64,000 nt of DNA from Mobula hypostoma. Taxonomy: Eukaryota. Made by a program: the position numbers and the translations under genes. The stretch is taken from assembly GCF_963921235.1 (NCBI RefSeq), contig NC_086108.1:52764001-52828000 (forward strand), in the 5' to 3' direction. The notes beneath the pieces were generated by a model. That model saw nothing but the letters and a program-made list of their open reading frames with translations, had not been told where the DNA came from and searched no databases. Below, piece by piece: positions 41,401 through 53,400 of the stretch (the first letter of the stretch is position 1; every line of letters starts with the position of its first letter).

Positions 41401-44400
41401 TAAATAGGGGCCGTGGACAATTCTGATTTATTGGAGAATGGACGTGAAAGCACAGAGGAACATCTGGAGAAATTTCTGAAACGCCCGTTCACTGCTGTCG
41501 TTACTGTGTGGTCGGGAATCTTTCGGAGGGTAGGCCTCAAAATCTCCGGCCTTGCCTGCTTTTAGCGACTGAGAAGGAGGTTGAATCGTTCGGACAGAGA
41601 TGGTGCTCAGTACTCTGTGTCAGAGAGCTGATCAGAGCTCGAAGTTTTCGGATGACTCAGAGTCGGATTGTGGTCAGCATGGCAGGGAGAATTTTTCTTC
41701 CTTCTCCCGTCTGCGTGAGATGTGGGACATTTGAGAAACTTTGAACTTTACTGTGCTCATGGACTTCTTCATCAAGTTATGGTATTGTTGTGCTGTTGTA
41801 ACTATATGTTATAATTATGTGGTTTTGTCAGTTTTTTCAGTCTTGGTCTGTCCTGTGTTTTGTGATATCACACCAGAGGAAATAATATATAATTTCTTAA
41901 TGCATGCAATACTAAATGACAATAAAAGAGGACTACGTGTCTTCATAATCATAACTTCCATGCCAGGTTGTGATGCACCCTAGAAGAATGCTTTCTACGG
42001 TGCATCTATAAAAATTAGTGAGCATTTTATGGGACAGGCCAAATTTCTTTAGTTTTCTCAGGAAGTAAAGGTGCTGGTGGGCCTTCTCGGCAGTGAACTC
42101 TGCTTGGTTGGACGAAGTCAGGTCATTTGTGATATTGACCCTGAGGAACTTAAAGCTTTTGACCTGTTCCACTTGCGCACCACCGATGTAAATTGGGTCG
42201 TGCTGTCCGCTACTCCTTCTGAAGTCAACAACCAATTCCTTCGCCTTGCTGACGTTGAGGGATAGGTTATTGTTTTCGCACCATGCCACCAGGTTCTTAA
42301 TTTCCTCTCTGTACTCAAACTCATCACTACCCGAGATACGGCCTACAATTATGGTGTCATCAGCAAACTTATATATTGAGTTTGATGGAAACTTGTATGA
42401 TAACCCTTTTATTCCTGGAATCATCCTTGTGAACTTCCTCTGGACCCTCTCCAATGCCAGCACATCTTTTCTAAGATCAGGGGCCCAAAACTGTTCACAA
42501 TACAGGTTTCTCCCGCCATCCGAAGGTAGAGCGTTCCTATGAAATGGTTCGTAAGCCGGAATGTCATAAAGTGAAGAAGCAATTACCATTTATTTATGTG
42601 GGAAAAATTTGTGAGCGTTCGCAGACCCAAAAATAACCTACCAAATCATGCCAAATAACACATAAAACCTAAAATAAGAATAACATATAGTAAAAGCAGG
42701 AATAATATGATAAATACACAGCCTATATAAAGTAGAAATACTTCTCTACAATCATTGCTGCACTGTCCTCCGTAGCAAAAATCCCACGTGAGTGCTCTTG
42801 GTATAAACACAGCGCAAGCGCTCTTGGCAAAAATCTCACGTAAGTGCTCTCGGCAGAAACACTCTCTCCAGTAACCTTTAAGCTATGAAGCTGCCAAATC
42901 ATACCAAATAATGCATAAAAATACACAGCCTATATAAAGTAGAAATAATGTATGTACAGTGTAGTATCACTTACGGGAATTGGGAAGACAGCGCCGAGCA
43001 CACTGATGATGATGTGTTAGGCTGAGTCGTTGGAGGTTGGGGTGGTGCAGTGGCCCCCACCCTCCGGGCAGCGAACCGATACCGATCTGCGAAGAATACA
43101 GCGGTAGCCAGGATGCACCCGGCACATCTTTAAGAAAAAAGCCGAAATAAACGAGCTAATTAATTAGGTGCCACCCGTCACGTAAATGTCGGCCCAGATC
43201 AGAGCCGATTGCTGATTGCGTTGCCTCTGATTTGGGCTGACATTTACGTGCCAGGCGGCACCTAATTAATTAGCTTTTTTATTTCGGCTTTTTTCTTAAA
43301 GATATGCTGGATGTGATCCTGGCTACCGCTGCATTCTCCGCGGCAATGTATCGGTCCGCGGCCCGGGGGTTGGGGTGGTGGAACACTGGGGTGTCATCTT
43401 ATCGTCGTCTGTTTCCATCAGGGAGGCAGGTCATCTTCTATGTCTGCCTGTCTCGATGTCGAAGGTCGAGGTTCGTCGTCTGCTGTGGCTGATGTGGAAG
43501 GCTTGCTTGACTGCTTATTTAGCCTCGTGCATTTTTCTATCATACAGTTCTTTGCAAGCACTCAAATCATCTTGCAAATATGCCCTAAACCGATGTACCC
43601 TTTCAAAATTAAAGTCGTACTTTATCATTGCAGCGAAAATCTCACGCAGTTGCTTCACGTTCAGTTCCTGGACGACTTCACTTTCAGTCCGTTAGCTACT
43701 GCATTCGGTTTCGATTGTTATCCTTTTCTCTTCCAATTGCATCAGCTCTTCACCTATCAGTTATTGGTCATGGGATGCCAAAACCTCTTCAACATCATCT
43801 TCGTGAACTTCCACAAACCAAACTCACTTTGTCCTTACTTCGTTCACCACAATTGAAACGCTTAATTATGTCTAGTTTTACGCTAAATATAATACCCTTA
43901 TGAGCTCTTTCAGGCTTTTCTGATACCATAGAACTCGTCTTGCAAACGGCTGCTCACAGGCACGTGTTTAAGCAATGCCGGCTAGAATACAGTTCCGAAT
44001 CCGGGGGAGGAGTGGCTGCTCGGGACGCGCGCTGCTTTTATCGCACGCTGCCTTTTTTCGTAACAGTGAAAACACCTTCTGTTAGCGAAAACAGGTAACT
44101 AATATAGGTCTTTCGTAACAGTGAGGTTTCGTAAAGCGAACGTTCGAAAAGCAGGGAACACCTGTACTTGAGGCCTCACCAGTGCCTTATAAAGCTTCAG
44201 CATCACATCCTTGCTCTTGTACTCTAGACCTCTTGAAATGAATGCTAACATGGCATTTACCTTCCTCACCACTGACTCAACCTGCAAGTTAATCTTTAGA
44301 ATGTTCTGCACGAGGACTCCCAAGTCCTTTTGCAACTTAGATTCTTGGATTTTCTCCCCGTTTAGAAAAGGTCTGCACATTTATTTCTACTACCAAAGTG

Positions 44401-47400
44401 TATGACCATGCATTTCCCAACATTGTATTTCATTTGCCACTTCCTTGACTATTCTCCTAGATCCTTCTGCAGCCTACCTGTTTCCTTAGCACTACCTGCC
44501 CCTCCACCAATCTTTATATTGTCTGCAAACTTGGCAACAAAGCCATCTATTCCATCATCTAAATCATTGATATACAGCATACAATGAAGTAAACCTTTGT
44601 ACAGCTCTAAAATGGGACTTGAACCTGGAACTTTCTGAATTGTGTTCCAAATGAGTTACAGTCAGCAAAAGTGAAAATAATTTTTATTAAAAATTGGGAA
44701 AATGAGAATAGGAAAATATTTCAAATGCTTGTGGATAAAAGATTAATATTTATTGCATAATTTTGTATGGTTTAACACACTAAAATCACAGTAATCTAAA
44801 ATTCTTGCGCTTAGATCTCCACTTGTATTTTGCATTTCCTGGTCTGTCCTGTCTGAACATTTTGTATTTGGAAAGAATTGTTCCCAATGCCTTTGCCTCA
44901 TTATGATCTTGAGTTGCATTAGTTAATAGGAACATTGATTTTAAATGACTCAGCCCCTTCATGTGTAGCTAAGGGTATTAACTTCAGATTGTAACTGAAT
45001 TATACAGGCTAGGAGGACTTATGAATTACTTGCAGTACAGACGCTAAACTTGGCCCTTCGTTTGAAGGGGGAAAAGTCCACGCTGTCAATTGACAGCAAA
45101 ACAGGAAACTCAGCTTGAAAGTGAACTACAGGTACCTCTATATTTCCTGAAAAGAGGATGAATTTGCCTGTATTCCCTTGTAGTCAAAGGGCTGTCCACA
45201 ATACTTGTTGTTGGAAGTTGCATATGAATAGCAATTTTTGGGTGAGACACCAATGAGAATCAAGATCTCTGGAATTCCTCAAAGAAAACTTTAATAGAAT
45301 GATATAAAACTGGATAAGAAAGATTATACTAATCAGACTTTTTTTTGTGAATAGCAATTCCAGCAGTTGAATTAGCAGAACAAGGCATGAGTTAAAAGAG
45401 GGAGATAAAAACTTCTGCTCATAATTTGAAAGCATGGGAACCCATGGGCGGAATGTTCAAACTTATGGTCAATAGTGACATTGAACTCAATAAATTTGGT
45501 AATTTCCAGCTTTGAAATCAAAGCCACATGTGTGTTTTTAAATACCTTGTGGCAATGTAGGTCAAATTAAGGCAAGACACCAATATTAATGCGGTCAACT
45601 CTTGTAAGGAATTCTTTACTAACTGAATGTACAAATGTTGAGAGAGTTGGCTCATTAGGAAATTTTGAATGGGAGTCATTCTGAATTGTCTTTGTCAGCC
45701 AGTGTTCCAATCTCTATCGTCACCATCTCTTGCAAATCCTGATTCATCAGATAAGAGATGTACACCCACGGGGGGCGGGGTGGGGAGCAGAGTACAGTAG
45801 TACACAACTGTTATTTAAACAATAATATATAGTCTACAAACACATCTGATAATTATGTCAAGAACCTTTTCTCTTCCTCCCACCACTTTTTCCCCTTCCA
45901 TCTATGAAAGTCATGTGTGAGGTGAGGACATATCATTTAATGAAGGTTCCTCCGAATGATGGGAAATGGATGCTTCCATAATTTTATGCATTTGCCTCTC
46001 CCTCAGCTCTATTCCAAAGAAAACAACTCTAGCCCATCCAATGTTTCATATCTGTTTTTCTGGTTCTGGCAGCATCTTTTCCAGGGCAATTGTACATTTC
46101 CTATGGAACTGTACACAATTCTCAAACTGTGACTTAATGTGCATATATACAGTTCCTTCATAACCTTTCTGCATATTTTGTTTACCTTTTTTAAACTGTT
46201 GACAACTTAAGGATCTGTGGACACCTGTTCTGCTGCATTTCTCTATTCTTCCATTTATGGAATTATTCCTCTTTTCCTTTACTTCTTAAATGACTTTGAC
46301 TGATTAAATTCTGTTTACCACTTATCTGCTTCACTATCCAAATCATTTGTATCCTCAAATTGAAAGTTTTCCTCCATCTTTTTTATCTTCAAACTTCTTT
46401 TTCCTGCCAAGTATGTCTAAGCCACTTTTATATAAGTAAATAAACCAAGGGACTATTTTGGAACGTCATGGTTTAGAGCATTCTAGTCTCACAAACAACT
46501 AACAATCATTACCTTCTGCTTTCTACCATTGAACTAAATTTCAGTCCAGGTTGGCACTGTTCCTTTGATCCCAGGAAATTTTACTCTTTTGACTGGCCTA
46601 CTTCATGATCACTTGTCAGTAGCCTTGTTGAAATCCATGTACACTACAAACTCTGTGCTCTCATCAACCCTTTGTTTTTTCCTTAAAATATATAATAAGT
46701 TAGTCAGACATGACCTTGTTTTGAGTAATCATTCCTTATTCTGTCTTAATACAGTCCTTCTAAATTGATTCCAATAATTTGTTTACATTTTAAGTTAAAC
46801 TAACCACCTTCTCAATTTATCCTTCCTTTCTAAACGTTGGTACAGTGTTAATGGTCTTCCATTTCTCTGGCACTTCTGTTGGCAGGAAGGATTGAAAAAT
46901 GATGGCTCGGAGCTTCTGCAAAATCTTTCTTTGCTTCCTTCAACAATGTTTATATTTCAACTGGTGCTGGTAATTTATTCTCTTTGAAAGAGGCTCAATT
47001 TTGAAATATATTATATTTATCCCATACAATAGTCCTCTTACTTTCTCCTAAATTACAACATTGATATTATTCTGCTCTTGTAAACAGTATAAAATTTTCA
47101 TTAAGAACTGGACCCATGTCTTCCCCCTCTATATGAAATTTTGTCTTTCATAGACCAATTCTTATTCCAATATTGTCTTTTGCTTTATATTCTTTTTCCC
47201 TGATTGTACCTTACAAATTAATTTCATTTCTTCTGTTTTCATGGACACAAGACTCTACAGATGTTGTAAGTCTTGAGTAACACACACAAAATGCTGGAGG
47301 AAGTCAGCAGGTTAGGCAGCATCTATTGAGGGGAATACGCAGTCAGTGTGGATTGGAGAGGAAAGGGGCTCCATCTTTTCTCTTGGCATGAGTAAAGCTC

Positions 47401-50400
47401 CCAAAAGGAATGGCTTGTTGGCAGTGTTGTACTTTGCTCCGTGAGACTTCTTGGACTGGATCTGCTAGAAAGGAATGATGCTATGCTTCTGAATGGCAGC
47501 ATGTCAGACTCCAAGAAGAAGGGCATCACTTCCTCATCAACAAACACAAGGGCGAGAATGATGTCATCAGGAATTGGAGACCCATTTCACTGTTGAGTGT
47601 GTACTTTTAAGATTTTTTTGAGGGCCTTTGCTAACCATGTCAAATTTGCTCTTGGACAGGAAATCCACCAGACAAAACCTGTGCTGTGTCAGGCAGGAAA
47701 ATCGTTGACAGCCTTGTGCTGATTAGTGATACCTTTACCTACATGCAGGACAGAGAGGTAAATGCCTGTTTGGTCAGGAGAAGGTCTTCAACAGAATATC
47801 ATTCACATACATGATGGATGTCCTCTCTCTCCAAACAAATTTTGGGAATAGAATCAGAAATTGGATCCAACTGTTCTGCACAGATATCTGTAGTACAGTC
47901 CAAATTAATAGGTAGGGTACAGAGACTTTCCCCATAAAGTCTGGAGTCGGGCAGGATTGTCCACCCTTCTCTGGCTTGTTTTTGTGTTGCATAGAATCCT
48001 TTGCCAAATCCATCAGGAAGAGCATAAGAGGAATGGCCTTGCCAGACAGAGGAGACACACAAGCCAACACCCCTCTGTGCATGGATGATGTCGCCATCTT
48101 CTGCTTGGACCAGAGTCAGTTCACAGTTTGAGTTGGCATCGGGTCAGAATCAACTGCCGGAGGAGCGAGGTTATACTCTTTGGTAACTGGCCCAACTGAT
48201 CTAATGTCCCCTTCAGTGTCAGGCCTGACTACCTGAAAATGCTGGTGATCTGGTTTAGAAGAGCTGATGCATGTAGCAAGAATTGGCTGGGGTGGAGTGG
48301 GATGGTGAAACAAAAATTGGGTTGGTAGATATAGTGTTTTGTTGGGTGTGATACACTCTCAGGGTGCAGGTTTGGCTTGTTCCCGGCCCCTTTGCCTTGG
48401 AATCACCCAGGATCTGGACCAGATTATCTGGGAGCCCAAGTGGGTCACAGTGCACAAGTTCCCCCAAGAAAGGGGCCAAATGTGTACCCAACATTGCCCC
48501 ATCCTGGTGACCATCACGTCTGTAGCTATATCAGGCAATGTATGGACCAAAAATATGAGGGCAGCAAATGTCACTCTGTATTAAGTTTCTACACGCCCCA
48601 GGTGTAGCAGAAGATAGGCCTGTCTGCACTACCGCAGTGTCCCTGTCAGTTGGATGTTGTCGCATTACCTTTCCTTTGTAGAAGAGTACTTACAAGTACA
48701 GACCTTTGTGTGACAGAGATTTTTCATTATTTCAAAAATAGATTATGTTCACAATTAAAAAGTGTATACAAAGGAAGAAACAGTATTTTTTTAACATTCA
48801 TGGTCGCTGCATTGAGTAACGTAAACATTTAAAGAAAGCAAACACAAACAAACGTAATACAATTGCCACTCGCATGATTTCCCGAGGTGCTAACCCTTTC
48901 ATTATTTGTGGGGGAAGGGGGCTACCCTGTATAAATCAACCCCTCTGAGCAGTAGTGGAAGGAGCCTAGACTGTGGCTGTTGCTGATAGAGCCTTAGCAT
49001 TGACTGCATCCCTCAGCCTGTGCTCCTGCAGCCTGGACTGTGCCAGTCCACAGCATTCCATTACAGACATCTTGGTATGTTTTTTAATGGAATTATAATC
49101 TAACTGTAATCCATAGACTTCCTTCTTTCTGATTGGCAGTAATGAGGATATATATATATATATACACATACATACACACACACACACACACAGTATATTT
49201 TAGTTTGTACCAAATTCTTTGCATTTAATCTGGTGCATAGATTGACATCATTCCAGATTCACCCTTCCACTCTAGTGTAGCTGCACATCCTACTGCTTTT
49301 GAAATGGAGTATTGCTGCTTTCAGTCCTAACATAATTACTGTCTGTTATCTTTAATACTAATTGAGTCACTCTTCTTTTTACATTTACTATCTAAGATAG
49401 CTCTCGCTACTTGAAATCCCTGTACGTGATCTTTTCACCATATGAACATATTTTCTTTCACATTGCATAGAACAAATAGGTGTCCATTGCTGGCTGCTTT
49501 TTAATTTTTGATCAAGTTTTCCAACATCTTAAATAACATCAAAATGCTATGTTAAAGAAAAATTGTTTAAAAAGTGTGTGTTCAGAATACAGTCTTGTCT
49601 GAAGACTTCATTCAATAAATGTGATATATTGAGCATTATTTTACATGTTGAAGAAACGGGACTGTAAGAAGATGTCTGATTAGGATATTGAGAATCTATT
49701 TTCTTTCTTTTTGTCCTTCAAGATGACAGTTTAATTTACATGGATCCTCATTACTGCCAATCATTCGTGGATGTCAGCATGAAGGATTTTCCACTTGAGG
49801 TGAAGTTTGCATCTGTAAAATACTTACTTTGTTTTTCTCATTCGGACTGTAAATTAGAATTATTTAGTCTTGTACTACGGGACACTTTACACTAAGATGA
49901 ATACATTTCCGTCTTAATCAAGATTTATTAGTAATAGATTCTGAAGGAGCTGTTAAACTTTTGCTTTATCCCTTTGTTTTTTTAGTAAATTTGTGTTACT
50001 TAAAGACACCTGGAATATATTTCAACTTTAAAATCCAATGGAACTACAACTAAATTAAGACTATATTATTGAATTTCAAATTTCACAAAAACATTTGTGC
50101 ATCAAGAGTTAACAGATACTTCAAAACTGTGCATATAGACTAATTATAGCATCCATACCATTGGTAAAATAAATGGGAATTTCATTCTTAGCAACTTGAC
50201 TATGTAACACTTAAATTACATGTAAAGTCAATTATCATTTTTAATAGAAATAGAATTTCTCATTTTTGGTGTGTTACAACTATGTTGTGTGTAGTTGTGT
50301 CCTCAAAAGTATTACAAAATTATGTGACAAGACAGTAGTTTAGTAATTTAATTTAGTGATTCATAAACTTGCACTAACAACATTAAAATGCAAGTTCAAA

Positions 50401-53400
50401 TTCCAATATGACGTTTAAATTCAGTTAGTAACATAATCTAAAACAAAAAGTCTTGGTAATGAACTGGACTCTATTAGATTCTTGTGGCTGATGGATTAAT
50501 GGTAACAGTTTAAAAAGTGATAACACAGATAAAGTACCAAAAATTGTCATGAAACTCAGAAATGGTAGAAGATGAGATGCTGTTCCCCATGCTTGCATTG
50601 GCAGGAGACCACAGATGCTTGCTGCCCTGCAGAGAGGCAATGGATGCCCTTTTGCCTCTTTCTTACCCACCATCCAGGCATCTAAAAAGTCTTTCCAGCT
50701 GAAGCAGTTACACTTCCTCCAGGCTAGAATACTGCATTGGATTTCATAACGTCGTCTCCTCTACATTGGAGAAACACAGATTGGGCAGCTGCCTTTCAAA
50801 GCACCTGCATTCTGACTGCTTTGCAATTGATGTCTTTTCAAAATGTGTTTAATGTAAGGAAAATGTTATATCTGATGGCATGAATTTTATCCAGAAAGGT
50901 CAGTATAGTTTTACTGTGGGTGCAGTTTCACCTGGAAATTATCAGTTAGTTGACTTACTCTGGGTTTCATCAGTTTCATATGACATAACAAAAAAATCTG
51001 TGCCACATGTTCCAATTTCTAGGCAAATACATCCAACTAATTCTGCTCTATTCTTTTATCTTCCATTAATAATCATGCATTACAATCTTATTTGATCATA
51101 TGAGACAATTTCAGAATTGATAGTATAATTAGAATTATTATAAGTACTGTTTTCTCCAGTTGAAGTGTGCTAAGTGTAATACTGCTGCAAGCAAATTTTT
51201 CATTGTACCTCTACCTCACCGTACTTGTGCATATGACAGTAAACTCAACTCGATTTGATTTGAATTGTATTTATCAGGATTAGTAAACCAGTGGAGTTGT
51301 CCGTGCTTTTTGCTGAGGGGCTAATTCTGCAATTTTTGTTGTATTTTCAGTCTTATCACTGTCCATCTCCAAAAAAAATGTCATTTGGTAAAATGGATCC
51401 TAGCTGCACAATAGGACTTTATTCATCCAACAAATATTATTTTGAACACATAATTGATGAAGTAACAAAGGTGAGTGGTAGAATTATTGATGGAGTAGGC
51501 TGGGATAAGTCACTGGGTAATTTCTTTCTTCACTGTTTCTCTGTACTACTTAAAATCTATTAGAAGAAGTAAATAATCATCTGATAGAGCCGATTAATAA
51601 GGGTATAACTTGGTATAGCATTAACCATACATTCTTGGAAGATCTGAATTAATTGAGATTTGCTGCATTGATTCCAGGGAGTGGCAAAATAATCCAAGAT
51701 TCCCACACTGATGTGTAAGAATAGTACTTTATTTTATAGATTTGTTCTTTCATATTGTGCTTAATGAAAATTATGGTAATTGTACACGGGAATTTTCGGG
51801 TTAGTTGAACTGCAGCTTTTCACACTTTATTGGTTAATGATGGAGGAATAAGAAATGTACTTGTCAAGTGCACATATTTTACTTGTAGATTTGAAAAAGA
51901 CGATGGCAAACTATCCTTTTGGTTAGAAGCTAGAAGTAAAAGGGGAGGAGTTGAAATACCTCATTGTTTTTTCAGTTTCATATGAATTCTTAACAACAAA
52001 AGCCAGGAAGCTACCAAGCCTGTCATATTTTTAATTGACCTAACCATCTTCTCAACATGGCCCTTAGTCCTTCCTTCTCGAGAAAATCTGTTCTGGGGAA
52101 TGTTTATATTACTCGCTTCAAGAGACTTCTCTGATTTATTATACACTTCTATTACCTATTTGGAATAAAATTTCTGCCTCATTTCCCTTTTTCATAACCT
52201 ACCTGTTCTTGTTACCCCTGGTATTTGAATCCTGAAACACAATGAGCAAATTGCCAGGTCAACTTTGTCAATTCCTTTTATCACCTTAAATATAATTAAC
52301 TCACCACACCAAATTCAGTTATTTTTGTGTACCATAATCATCAGTGATATTTTGAAAGCAGTTTTGTGAAGACTGCATCTATAATTTTACAAAGCATTCC
52401 TGCTAATCAGAAGTCCGGGGTTCAATTTTCCTATTAGCATTGTTCATTCATTTGACATTGTATTTTTCAAACAGCTGTCAAATATTGTGACCAGCAGGTG
52501 GCAATATTGAAAGTAAAATAAATCTAAGCTTGGCAAATCACTTTCATTATACTCTGACTTAAATGAAGCTTTACATTGTGTGCAGTTCTGATAGATTATT
52601 TCATTCATGGCGCACACTAAAGTTGGTTTGATTTGGGGGGAAATTATTCTATTAGTGCATGAAAACGTGCTTAACTGTAAGGAAATTTAATTTATCTTAA
52701 ATTCTTTTCTGCATAAAAAATAGAATTAACCATTTTAAATGTTAAAAATTATTGATTTAACAGATATAAACCTGTCCTTTGTTTAAATATAGTCATCACA
52801 TTAGTAACTGATGCTCAGATACACTTTGTAATGCATACTACTCAATCTTCATTGATCTCATTTTCTTGGGTGACATACCCTCCACAACCTGCAGCTTCAG
52901 ACGCACAATCTTGTGCAGTCCAGTTCTACCTTCTACACAAAGATCTTCCTTCAGTCTTCTCTTTTCTTTTCCCTCTCAATGAGATCTTTCCTATATCCAT
53001 TGTGACATCTCTGATGTCCTCAACTTCTATATCTCCTGCCTCCATCAATGAGTATTCACTACTTGACATATCTTCTCCTCCCCTCTCTTGACCATCTTGA
53101 AGGGACCATACCTTCTTTGCTTCACTGTCCCACTTTAACATCTTTACCACCCACTCCCATTTTCTTGGCACATTCCCATGTGCATGAAGTGCAACATCTG
53201 CTATTTTGTTATGTCCCTTCCTATCATCTGAGAACCCAAAGAAATGAAGCAACAAAGCCCTTGCACGTCTTCTAGTTTAGTTTGTTGAGTTAGCTGTTTA
53301 TGCCAAGGTTGTGTCTGCATTGGAGAAAGTAAATGTAGATTGAGTGACCACATTCCTGATTTCTGCACTGCAGTACACAAGCTCAGACATCAGGAAAGCA

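Larger units (their letters stand above)
40385..44585 (-). mobile_element. CR1 3' fragment split into three pieces (40385-40817, 42394-42502, 44165-44585) by nested insertions
   Basis: The pieces are colinear with the CR1 at 889-2200: [46 protein letters not shown]. Confidence 0.88.

Noticed and set aside
41933..42589. Longest ORF (218 aa, minus strand) as a novel gene
   Set aside because: It is a chance in-frame fusion across Tigger, CR1 and Rex1-like junctions, with no promoter or exon evidence.
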